Source: a virus
DNA length: 64,000 bases
Reading direction: 5' to 3' (one strand)
Virus record (IMG/VR): IMGVR_UViG_3300045988_072028
Span: 1 to 64,000 of that record
Positions 20,301-28,736 of this stretch are shown here, piece after piece. The translations under genes were made by a program, and so were the position numbers. Every line of letters starts with the position of its first letter. Position 1 is the stretch's first letter. The notes under the pieces were generated by a model, which worked only from the letters and a program-made list of their open reading frames with translations, had not been told where the DNA came from and searched no databases.

Positions 20301-20327
20301 AATAATGGAAACAATGGAAATCTATAA
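17304..20327 (+). CDS. large virion-associated protein (1007 aa), function unknown
   Basis: ATG 3 nt after the upstream TAA. The C-terminus is an NGNSGNNGNNGN tail encoded by 9-nt tandem repeats. Confidence 0.85.
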   Translation: MASQYSILRNYGKYVSPYNMDVMMQGMGYMQQKIDTNRQAINEYADYIINSDIIKPQDREYLQNRLNGLIQDVNNVYRKSNLASDGIARSIQARLGEALDTRVLNAIAGTREIRAFSEKMEDMKLNNPKMYSPINEAEAFADAVAWMNDGQVGTRLNPIHYTPYTDYHAEIDEKMKNFISLNKGKKVNVPVTDANGNRTGEMREMYIDEMSYAQVRDIAMASISENGKAQMQLEGRYMARTNPDLFNVQSTSDFLKGYIDDFSVKEESIRAKLKGVGNDKAKRAKLESELADIIKQRNDFVEEAEGVIGSNYSPERAGMFMVRQQFLRGVGLRWSYNNSYETLGVDEYYFKANQQMMERARFNETKRHNLAMEKAALMKASKSGESGGDGGGNNTVGPTVVTKSDNLDDVNISDEFMNGFTANEKAVNAGMNSFVKSLSDDAKRKISAWASDPENSNVVKNMSDDQVIMTYFKANGGSTNTLLDYNGKDSYIKLLGLNNQRNKYNRINEGFNKAEDAVLDGVDAIVEREARSITGSGIDISYGYGTFDLGDIVEGGHWAFSHHEAIKDISLKDWAKLSAYSSILSNSVEFIKIGNDPTHPVSYKGVSLGSVNSGEASVVLGRINDLMGTSLTLDDIQLLANMGAGHFSTSDLFKKNLSEGLSNYNERNAVVATAIYDEINKENGDVLRHKWSRGDLGRLASDAKRAGEDYLRQYRHEYAEREYIFSGDYPSKSKAEYDYIKISDLFTRGGGFIPKDEDNANKKITFTISPIGDGNYQIIGNNGGDGRSVVEVSEADLAANDLTFYKEDVSIPSETYDSGVVPISFASSSDNAYGKMANALQVGPVAYASGAKDMTMSYIDMFTNVNDGNIRKNQMLIATDVLFDNTSMYELRASGYKYNNGSSGINVDIYRKGGVANGSTPLYSIDLDGVNYADEVARKIDFCPQYYLVMAWQQILSKENEVYWRSEGRSTTDDFESFISPIADMIDQEIRNRNNGNSGNNGNNGNL
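20286..20321 (+). repeat. 4 x 9-nt tandem repeat (aacggaaat agtggaaat aatggaaac aatggaaat) at a gene junction
   Basis: Read directly. It encodes the Asn/Gly tail of the upstream gene and carries the candidate start codons of the downstream gene (GTG 20296, ATG 20305, ATG 20314). Confidence 0.9.
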
Positions 20328-23300
20328 TAATACCTCTAACGGAAAGGATCTTGCCGAGAAGTACAGATATCCTACCATAAACGTAGATAATATAAAGGCT
20401 ATTGGTACGGATCCCTATGATATGCCGGATCGTGACCTGCCTCCGGTATTGGATCCGTATTCCGCTTCCGAGAGATCAAAGTCCCAGATACCGTCATTAT
20501 CAGAGAGGATCAAGAATACGGTAAAGACTAATTATTATGATAACATGAAGCATATGTCCCCTTTGGGATATATGGCGTCTGATCAGAGCTATAAGGGTAG
20601 GTTTAATCTTACTGGACCGGAGATATCGTTAGAGGATTCAAGATATCGATTAAGTAGTGGAACGTGGATACCCAAATACGAGTCCTATATACCCGGTGTA
20701 GATAATGATACACGTCTATCAAAAACCCAGAGTAGGACTGAGAAATGGATGAGGGGATTGGGTAAGCTTGCCGGAAAAACCGCCTTGTACGGATTAGGAG
20801 GCGTTATCCAGCCTTTTTATGGTATTTATGCCGGAGTATCCAAAGGTAATTTCAATGCTGTTTTTGATAATGATTTCACTAGATGGTTAGATGATCAGGA
20901 TAAGAAGATGGATTATGGTCTAGCTCATTATTATAATCGAGAGGAGCGGGACATGAACTTTCTTCAAAGTATGACTACGGCTAACTTCTGGTCTAATGAC
21001 TTTCTGTCGGGTCTGGCTTTTACCGCTGGCGCCATGTTATCATCCGCCGTATATTCCGGGGCCGGTCTGATGAACCTTGCTCGTACCGGAGCTAGGGCTG
21101 GGGTGGCTTTAGCTAGGATAGGCAAGGCCGCTTCGGACACCAAGAAAGCATTCGGAGCTTACCTTAGGGCCGCCCGTATAGGGCAGAGGGTAGGCAAGGG
21201 GCTGGATGCCGCCCTATTTCTTGGTACGTCTACCTCATGGGAAGCTTCAGTGGAAGCCAGAAGTATGTTGATGGAGGCCGAGGAGAATTTCAGGCAATCT
21301 TATCGTAACGCTTACGGGAGGGAAGTCCCGTATGAGGAGCTTATGAGGTTCAGGGCTGACAATGCCAATGCCGCTAACGCCGTATTCGCCGCAAACGTCG
21401 GCATATTGTCATTATCCAACATAGCTATGTTCGGTGATATGTTTGGTATGGAGCTGGGTGTAGACAAGTTCATAAAACGCAATATATTTGGCGTAGGAGC
21501 CGAGAGAATGGACAACGGTGCACTAAGGGCTATAACACCAAAGAAATGGCAGAAAATAGCTGGTAATACGTTTAATATCATCAAGCGACCGGTATCTGAG
21601 GGTTTGTTCGAGGAAGGTCTTCAAGGTGTGTCCAGCAAGTCCGCGGAGGATTGGGTGGAATCAAGATACAATCCCATGGCTATTCGCCAGAATATAGGTT
21701 ATATGGAGGCTATAAAGAACGGATTCAAGGAGACTTACGGATCTAATCAGGGATGGAAGGAAATCGGCATCGGTATGATTATTGGATCGTTTATGGGAGG
21801 AAAAACTATTGGTGGTATAAAGGAATGGAGCCAAGACATGTCCCGGAACAAGGGGATGGTGGAGGCTTACAACACCAATGCCGGCGCCTTGACTACCGCC
21901 GCTATCCGTGCTATTCGTGGCAGTATGGCTCTGAACGCTCAATTATCAGGCTTAAGTACGGATAATAACGCTGACGATATACCTAATTCTAGAATCGTAG
22001 ATAAGACTTTTAGTGATGCCGTATTCAACCGTCTTCGTTATGATCAGGGAATGGGGATGTTAGATGATACTAAGGAGAATTTCAAGACAGTCATCGAGTC
22101 TATACCTAATAGCGATATAGCCTCCGATATGAATATGACAGATGAGCAGGTAAATGAGTATAAGTCCAACCTTATCAGTGAGTTCAATAAGAAGGTTGAT
22201 AATTTTACTATGGCCAGCAGATTTGCCGACTCCCTTACCGATGGTATATCCAATAGATCATTTAACACCTACATCTCTAACATGGCTTATAACGGTCTTG
22301 AGGCTAAGGATAATTTGGATGATATCGCTAATCAGTTAGGAAGGATATACAATACGGATATAGGCCCCGCTTTAGATATATATTCTCGTCTTAATCCTGA
22401 TTCGAGTAGGGATCTTGAGAAACTTAGGAAGCTTACAGATGATATACGGAAGATGGAGAATAATGTTTTGAAGCTTCAGCAGAGTGTCACGTCTAAAGAA
22501 GCTCTTGAGTCTGATAAGGTCAAGTTCGCCAAGGAGAATGATAGACTTCTTAAATTGACGGAGGATAGAATTGCTTTGGAGAGGAGATTAGCTACGTTAG
22601 TTAACTCAGAGACAGATATATCTAAGCTGTTATTAAACAGGAATGAATCAAGGATCAGTGCCGCCGATCTTATGGCAGCTTATGAGACTATAGTTGGTTT
22701 TGAGAATGCCGTATCTATCCGTGGGGTTGATAATCATAAGGAGGCTATGGCGTTGCTTAGCGAGTATCGTCATAATCTTGTGGCTTATAAGAATATAAAC
22801 GAGTCACTTCGTCGTATGCGTGACAGAAGATTCATCCGGGCGCAGGAGCGCGGGTTCATGAAGATATTATCGAACGCATGGGGGAAGACTTATGAGGAGG
22901 ATGACAGCAAGTATGATTTCAGGAATACCGATGATCCTGATGCTAATTCCCTTTATGCCAATGATCAGGCCATAGATAAGGCTTATCAAGATGGTCTTAT
23001 AGGGGAGGATGAGGCATTTATGTTCAAGACATATAATCATATGATAGCCAGATCTATGGAGAATGAGATCAAGGCTGATGAGGGAGGTATCGTTGAGAAT
23101 GTACCTGATAATGAGGATATCATAAATCCTTCTGATGATAGAATCAATAATATAGCTATAAAGATATGGAACGGTAATGAGGATATCTTATCTCCTAGGG
23201 AGAGGCAGATATATGATAATAATAAGGATCGTATCAATGATCTTGTAAATGGGTTTGGCGATAATCCTATAGCTAGGCTTAATAAGATTAGGTCAATGAT

Positions 23301-25182
23301 AGATAGGTTAAATACCAACGATAACGTCTTAAATAACATCAGAGATACTATTGATGATATCATAGATATAAACATTAATGGTCTTGATCAGGATCAGGTT
23401 AAGGGGGCTATACAGACTTACAATGATCTTATGAATGATATTGACAACGGGAATGAAGTTGATCAGGATAAACTTAATGAGGCTATTGATATTATCAATA
23501 ATTATTCTGATGATCCTCTTCTTCAATTCGTGGAATGGATGAGGCTGTATAATAATGGAAGTATGGTTGTCAAGGATTACGATAAGTCTATACCTATGGG
23601 TGATGTTCTCACGGAGAGCGAACCCGGGACATCCACCGGCAGGACGGAGGTCAACGCCGCCCAGAATCCGGTGGTGTTGATGGCTCAAAAGAGGGAGATC
23701 GGTGGGGTCATGTATTATGAGGTAGGAGGAATGAGGCTTGACAGGTTTATGGCGGGATCCGGGCTTAAGGCTCTCGTCACGCCCGGTGAATATATTATGG
23801 ATGATAAGATGGTGATGGATTTTACTGATGGGACGAACATGTTCAGCGTTATTGAGTCCAAGAATCATTCAAGATGGATGATTAGTGAGGATGACGCTCA
23901 GGCTTTCGAGAACGCTACCGGTGTCATACTGGGGCGGCAGACCGCCTTATCGACCTCCAATTGGTTCATGGTGTATCGCAAGGGGCGGGATGGGTCTATT
24001 GTCCCTTATTATACGGGTGATACGTTTGGATCTAACAACGAGTCGGTGAATCAGGAAGCAGCGGCTAGCCTCCGCAAGGGTGATATGGTAAGGTTTAAGA
24101 TGGATATGTCAGATCCATATACCAAGGAATTGTATGATAAATACAATAGCCTTAACGCCGTTGACCCTAATTCTGATGAGACTAAGTCGGCTTACAGAGA
24201 GCTGGTTGATAATATGGTTATTAAGATCGTGGATAGTGATGGTAATTTTGTCTCGGTGCTAAAAGCCAATGATCCAGACTCAAAAGGGAGTAACGCTGAT
24301 TTAAGGAGTATGGCCTTTGAGTTGTATAGGGATAATATAGGATCTGTTACTGGCGAGATTGATATACCGTTCGTAGGTACAGTTACCAGTGTTTTGCCGG
24401 GAAGACCTAATTTTAGCATAAGTGATGATAATGGGACGTTGATGGTATCCGAGAATGATTTTACCAACGAGACGGTTGGTAAAGTCGAGAGCGTAGGATA
24501 TATAGAGAATGGGGAGGTTACGATGAAGGATAATATTAGGTATAACATATTCCCGTTCTGTACGGCTATCGTCAGGGACAAATATGGTAATTATAAAAAT
24601 TCACGTATCCCGGTCGTAGCTATAAAGACAGGAAATGGAAGAAATTACCTGTACCCCGTAAGATTGAAAAATCAGGATATATCGTCATTTTCATCCATGA
24701 TCGGATCGATGGTCGATAGGATTACGGAGGGTCTAGGCGGAGGCGTAAGTATTGATGATATAATGGATCTTAATAACGCTATAGCCAGATCCGGGTTGGA
24801 TAATAAGACATATATGATTCCGCTGGCGGGAGATGTGGATGTTATCAAAGGCCGGCTTGAAGCTGTCAAGGAAGCGGTTAGCAGGATGCCTATGACCGCT
24901 GATGTAAGAGGATGGATAGGTGATTCCAGAACTAAGGAGGATATTTTGATGAATGATGTTACGATCAACATTGATCTTAACAACGATCCTTTCATAGCTC
25001 CTAAGTTTAGGATGAGTATCAAGGAGAACAAGGTATCCAAGGAGGAGACGGAAGTCTCGTTCCCTAACCTGCCGGATCTGCCATCGGAGTTCGCCTCGCC
25101 TACGAAGGCGGCCGAGGACAAGTCTTTGGTTTCCGACGGAAATGTCGTATCTGGAGAAAAAGAGGCGGAGGATCCTTGCTAG
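20305..25182 (+). CDS. giant membrane-interacting internal/ejection-type protein (about 1625 aa); start uncertain
   Basis: Glycine-rich hydrophobic segments: AGKTALYGLGGVIQPFYGIYAGV, FLSGLAFTAGAMLSSAVYSGAGL, ANVGILSLSNIAMFG, IGIGMIIGSFMGG. A long acidic, helical-looking region follows. TAG at 25180. Confidence 0.85.
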   Translation: METMEIYNNTSNGKDLAEKYRYPTINVDNIKAIGTDPYDMPDRDLPPVLDPYSASERSKSQIPSLSERIKNTVKTNYYDNMKHMSPLGYMASDQSYKGRFNLTGPEISLEDSRYRLSSGTWIPKYESYIPGVDNDTRLSKTQSRTEKWMRGLGKLAGKTALYGLGGVIQPFYGIYAGVSKGNFNAVFDNDFTRWLDDQDKKMDYGLAHYYNREERDMNFLQSMTTANFWSNDFLSGLAFTAGAMLSSAVYSGAGLMNLARTGARAGVALARIGKAASDTKKAFGAYLRAARIGQRVGKGLDAALFLGTSTSWEASVEARSMLMEAEENFRQSYRNAYGREVPYEELMRFRADNANAANAVFAANVGILSLSNIAMFGDMFGMELGVDKFIKRNIFGVGAERMDNGALRAITPKKWQKIAGNTFNIIKRPVSEGLFEEGLQGVSSKSAEDWVESRYNPMAIRQNIGYMEAIKNGFKETYGSNQGWKEIGIGMIIGSFMGGKTIGGIKEWSQDMSRNKGMVEAYNTNAGALTTAAIRAIRGSMALNAQLSGLSTDNNADDIPNSRIVDKTFSDAVFNRLRYDQGMGMLDDTKENFKTVIESIPNSDIASDMNMTDEQVNEYKSNLISEFNKKVDNFTMASRFADSLTDGISNRSFNTYISNMAYNGLEAKDNLDDIANQLGRIYNTDIGPALDIYSRLNPDSSRDLEKLRKLTDDIRKMENNVLKLQQSVTSKEALESDKVKFAKENDRLLKLTEDRIALERRLATLVNSETDISKLLLNRNESRISAADLMAAYETIVGFENAVSIRGVDNHKEAMALLSEYRHNLVAYKNINESLRRMRDRRFIRAQERGFMKILSNAWGKTYEEDDSKYDFRNTDDPDANSLYANDQAIDKAYQDGLIGEDEAFMFKTYNHMIARSMENEIKADEGGIVENVPDNEDIINPSDDRINNIAIKIWNGNEDILSPRERQIYDNNKDRINDLVNGFGDNPIARLNKIRSMIDRLNTNDNVLNNIRDTIDDIIDININGLDQDQVKGAIQTYNDLMNDIDNGNEVDQDKLNEAIDIINNYSDDPLLQFVEWMRLYNNGSMVVKDYDKSIPMGDVLTESEPGTSTGRTEVNAAQNPVVLMAQKREIGGVMYYEVGGMRLDRFMAGSGLKALVTPGEYIMDDKMVMDFTDGTNMFSVIESKNHSRWMISEDDAQAFENATGVILGRQTALSTSNWFMVYRKGRDGSIVPYYTGDTFGSNNESVNQEAAASLRKGDMVRFKMDMSDPYTKELYDKYNSLNAVDPNSDETKSAYRELVDNMVIKIVDSDGNFVSVLKANDPDSKGSNADLRSMAFELYRDNIGSVTGEIDIPFVGTVTSVLPGRPNFSISDDNGTLMVSENDFTNETVGKVESVGYIENGEVTMKDNIRYNIFPFCTAIVRDKYGNYKNSRIPVVAIKTGNGRNYLYPVRLKNQDISSFSSMIGSMVDRITEGLGGGVSIDDIMDLNNAIARSGLDNKTYMIPLAGDVDVIKGRLEAVKEAVSRMPMTADVRGWIGDSRTKEDILMNDVTINIDLNNDPFIAPKFRMSIKENKVSKEETEVSFPNLPDLPSEFASPTKAAEDKSLVSDGNVVSGEKEAEDPC

Positions 25183-25198
25183 ATAAAATATCTTGACT

Positions 25199-25290
25199 TA
25201 TCTTTGCGGCGTCAGTCCATCACCTGACGAGTAAGATATTTAAAAGTTGGTCCCTGTCGGGTGTGTGATGGCCCCGGTGGGGACTTTTTT
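25199..25290 (+). promoter_or_regulatory. twin-hairpin leader element, copy 1 (-7 box, hairpin with loop TCCATCAC, hairpin with loop TGTGATGG, T6)
   Basis: Box 25199-25206. HP1 25210-25215/25224-25229. HP2 25250-25261/25273-25284. T6 25285-25290. ATG 25296. Confidence 0.7.
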
Positions 25291-25295
25291 AGTAG

Positions 25296-25895
25296 ATGCA
25301 ACTAGACGCTTTTTTACACCGGAAAATTATGCAAGACCTACGCATCCAGCGAGTGAAGGTCTTGATGATGTTATACACCAGTAACTATTTTGTCAAGGTC
25401 AGACAAAAGCAGTTGCTTGATCATACATACTCATTAAGCAGGGATCAGGCTTTTGATTATATGACTGAGTTCAATAAAAGGCTTAGTGATAAGGTTGGTA
25501 TAGAATGTACGATGGATATTCTTCTGCCTACCGATGATGATAACGCTAATATCATAATCGAGTACAATGGCATCATTAAGAAGTTGATGAGGGAAGCCGA
25601 GAAGCTGGAACTTGATACTGATGCTATCAAAGCCATGATGCGTGATCTTCTTGATGAGTTGAAGGATGATATTGATCTTAATATCCTGATATTTGACGTA
25701 ACCCAGTTACTTATAAAATATAATCTATTTAGGTTGGATGCCATAACCGAGCAGGAGTTCAAGAACTCTTTTGTCAGAATGGATAGTAGGAATATGGAGA
25801 TAAAGAAACTAACTTTATCTGATATCAAGGAGGTGGTAACAATGATAGAGGATAGATATAGCTATGCTTTATATATGACAGAGGAATGTGACTGA
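25296..25895 (+). CDS. hypothetical protein (199 aa; start uncertain)
   Basis: ORF directly after the leader element, ending in TGA at 25893. No motif recognised. Confidence 0.6.
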   Translation: MQLDAFLHRKIMQDLRIQRVKVLMMLYTSNYFVKVRQKQLLDHTYSLSRDQAFDYMTEFNKRLSDKVGIECTMDILLPTDDDNANIIIEYNGIIKKLMREAEKLELDTDAIKAMMRDLLDELKDDIDLNILIFDVTQLLIKYNLFRLDAITEQEFKNSFVRMDSRNMEIKKLTLSDIKEVVTMIEDRYSYALYMTEECD

Positions 25896-26189
25896 TTACA
25901 TTTTGGGCTTTAGTAAACAGTGATCAGTTTATGCAAGGTATTGATTATGAGATTTTAGCCACAAATGGTGAAAATACGACAGTTTTATGGAGCTAACACC
26001 GTCTATGTGACCCATAAAGGATTTCAGTGGATTGTGTCGTAGATCGGATAAAGATATTTTTCGCTAAACGATAAATTCCATTTTTTTTGTAATTTAGGAT
26101 TGAGTTTTTGCCTGTCCGTGAGGATCGGCAAAACGATTTGTACTTTTTCAGTAGAAACATAAGATTTGTTACAATGTTGTTATTTTGGT

Positions 26190-26222
26190 ATCCCGCCCGC
26201 TCGTGAGAGTAGACGGGATTTT
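26190..26222 (+). terminator. terminator-like hairpin (atcccg/cgggat) with T-rich tail
   Basis: Stem 26190-26195/26214-26219. The loop contains CCGCTCGTGAGAG. Followed by tttt. Confidence 0.5.
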
Positions 26223-26223
26223 C

Positions 26224-26231
26224 TATCTTTG
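26224..26231 (+). promoter_or_regulatory. -7 box TATCTTTG with conserved leader TGTCAAAACGATTTAGTA
   Basis: 18 nt upstream of ATG 26250. Near-identical to 14537 and 38428. Confidence 0.6.
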
Positions 26232-26249
26232 TGTCAAAACGATTTAGTA

Positions 26250-28487
26250 ATGGGACGATCTTGTTATGTTATAAAAAATAAGGAGGGTAGGGTAGATAAT
26301 GTCCTTGCCCCGAACGACCAACCATCCGGATTATACCAAAGGGCGATGGAGGTGCTTGGCGACCAGAAGCAGGCCTTATCGGTCTGGGGTACGGCCTACT
26401 CCCCCGACTTCGTGTCCTTCTTTGGCGATTGGATGTCCATGCCATCAGAATACGACTTAGATAGCAATGGGGAGCCTAAGTATGATGATGTCATGTCCTT
26501 TATCAAACAAAAGAATTATGCTGTGGGTAATTTCATGGCTGGCGAGGTTAAGGATATTAATAATACCCTTACTTCCTTGGGCGTCGATAATATCAATGAT
26601 CTTAATGATATGATCGTATCTAATTTCCTTTCAGGCGGTGATATATTCCTCAATAGGTACAATCTTGAGCGATCGGGGATGTATGACGCTGATGAGATTG
26701 ATAATATCATGACTAACCGATCGGAGTATGATCGGGTAAGGGGTATGATGAGGAGGATTGTCGATTTTATGTCTGACGGGGATCTTAATGAGAAGGATAT
26801 GTATTTCCTGTCCTCCGAGTCGGGCCTTGGTGATGATTATATGATATATGAGGATACATATGACTCGTTAGGAAAGAGAAGGGGCTTGAATCCAATAGAG
26901 GTAAGGGATACGATCATGAGGGCGGTAGGCGGTATCAGCGACCGCCGGGAGTTCGATCAGGCTTTCGCCTCCATCCCATACCCTTCCTTGGCACTCCGGT
27001 ATCAGGAGGATCAGGATTACGCAGATCGGATGTATGACACGTATCGTAATATGACCCGTATGGAGGTTCGGAGTCAGGACGGAAATACGATTACCGACTC
27101 GTACTTCAATAGTACCACACCGTATATCAGTATGCCTAAGGATATGAAGGGTCTAAGGGATAAGGTTGGGGAGATAATCGATATGGATGATTTTAAGGAC
27201 ATCAAGGACGTTGCCGGACGTCTATATGACATAGCTATGGATCTTGCCGACATTGGCGTGGATATAAGCGAGGCGATCAGCGATGAGATGGTTATATCCA
27301 GACCGGAGGATATCCGTGATCTTATGGCGTCGCTGGATGTCATGTTATCTTCCATACAGGCCGGCAATTCGGTATACGATAGCTTTATCTCCGATCTTGA
27401 TAGGATAACAGGAAAAGGGAATCCGATATACGAGGTTCAGGATACTTATTCTACCGGTGATAGGATGGTGTATGTAAGGTCCGGGAATACATCCCCTTCC
27501 GATATGTATGATAGGAGCATGTTGTATATGGGTAGGAATACGTACCACAACACAGCCCCGATAACCGACACCGATCAGGCCTATGAGATGTTGGCCGATA
27601 TCGGGATAGAGCGGCCCTCGTACTTGCCGGCTGGCGTGGTTCCTGCCGGGGCTTCTCGATCCGATATTGACGTGATCAAGGATAACATAAAGAAGCTAGT
27701 TATGTCCAACATCTCATCCTCGAATACTGAGAACATGATCCTTACCAGATTAATATATCAGCATCCCGTAACCCCTAAGATGGATGATGTCGATATTGAT
27801 CGGGAGTTCAGGAGATACGAGGCTAGACAGGGGAAGGATCGGGATTTTACCAAATCCTGTACATCGTTGAGGAAGATCCAGATCAAGGAAAGGTTAAAAA
27901 AATCGGATTTATATAATAATGTCTTACGTTTCCTTGATTTTAATGGATTTTATAATGTATCTTTGAACCACCATGACAGAAGTACGTTAAAAAGCATGGA
28001 GATGTCGTTGCCGGAAGGTCAGGTAAGGGATCTTCTGTTTGACGTGGCTATCGAGTCCGGTGACAGTAGCATGAGAAACCTTTTCTATCTGGATAGACAG
28101 GATAGGATGATGGATGCCGGGTTTTATAGGTATCTGTACCAAAGGAATCCGGGCCTGCTACGGGAGGTCAACGGCGGCGTCGAGGCGAGACCGGACGGTT
28201 CGTTCTTGGCTCGTGGAAGGTATGATGATTTCGTGTCGTTCCAATCCGGCTTATATGAGAAGATAGGTGAGACGGTTGATGGATCAATATATAGGTTCGT
28301 CGATGATCTTATATACTCCGATCCATCATCATATCAAGAAAGCGTGGTACGAAGGATGGGTGATGTTACGGTAAGGAGTGACGATAACCGCCTGTCAAGG
28401 ATAGAGGATAATCCTTCATCCAGTAAGATAGTTAATGAATACACTGCTAATACAAATAAGTTGATGCGAGATTTTTCGTGTAGTTAA
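26250..28487 (+). CDS. large virion-associated protein (745 aa) sharing an N-terminal domain with the 2148-aa protein
   Basis: ATG 26250 is preferred over TTG 26166, because the TTG extension would run through the hairpin and the promoter box. N-terminus MGRSCYVIKNKEGRVDNVLAP...FGDW aligns with the 38452 product. DVDID motif at 27786-27800. Confidence 0.85.
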   Translation: MGRSCYVIKNKEGRVDNVLAPNDQPSGLYQRAMEVLGDQKQALSVWGTAYSPDFVSFFGDWMSMPSEYDLDSNGEPKYDDVMSFIKQKNYAVGNFMAGEVKDINNTLTSLGVDNINDLNDMIVSNFLSGGDIFLNRYNLERSGMYDADEIDNIMTNRSEYDRVRGMMRRIVDFMSDGDLNEKDMYFLSSESGLGDDYMIYEDTYDSLGKRRGLNPIEVRDTIMRAVGGISDRREFDQAFASIPYPSLALRYQEDQDYADRMYDTYRNMTRMEVRSQDGNTITDSYFNSTTPYISMPKDMKGLRDKVGEIIDMDDFKDIKDVAGRLYDIAMDLADIGVDISEAISDEMVISRPEDIRDLMASLDVMLSSIQAGNSVYDSFISDLDRITGKGNPIYEVQDTYSTGDRMVYVRSGNTSPSDMYDRSMLYMGRNTYHNTAPITDTDQAYEMLADIGIERPSYLPAGVVPAGASRSDIDVIKDNIKKLVMSNISSSNTENMILTRLIYQHPVTPKMDDVDIDREFRRYEARQGKDRDFTKSCTSLRKIQIKERLKKSDLYNNVLRFLDFNGFYNVSLNHHDRSTLKSMEMSLPEGQVRDLLFDVAIESGDSSMRNLFYLDRQDRMMDAGFYRYLYQRNPGLLREVNGGVEARPDGSFLARGRYDDFVSFQSGLYEKIGETVDGSIYRFVDDLIYSDPSSYQESVVRRMGDVTVRSDDNRLSRIEDNPSSSKIVNEYTANTNKLMRDFSCS

Positions 28488-28555
28488 TCTCTCTTTGACG
28501 TCGTGAGACGTTTTCTTTCGAGCATTGAAACATTGGATTTTATAGATTTGCGATG

Positions 28556-28590
28556 AATCCGGGTCGTAGTGATACGCTCCGGATTTTTTT
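28556..28590 (+). terminator. intrinsic terminator
   Basis: Stem aatccgg/ccggatt (28556-28562/28579-28585) followed by a T run to 28590. An additional mini-hairpin acgtc-gtga-gacgt lies at 28498-28511. Confidence 0.7.
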
Positions 28591-28736
28591 GTCTTGTATC
28601 GGTTCTTATTAATCCCATTTACAAGACATGACGTACTTTGATGATGACACATATCACGATTTTAGGGCTGTTAATTTTTGAACTTTGTAACGCCCGCCAT
28701 CAGGTGGGGTTATTATTAATTCAAAAATAAATAGAC

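Noticed and set aside
26166-26249. TTG/long-form starts given by the ORF track (26166, 32117, 36965, 58208, 52101).
   Set aside because: The extensions run through terminator hairpins, -7 promoter boxes or leader hairpins, or create long overlaps with upstream genes. Internal ATGs (26250, 32138, 37058, 58112, 52062) give canonical spacing or ATGA coupling.
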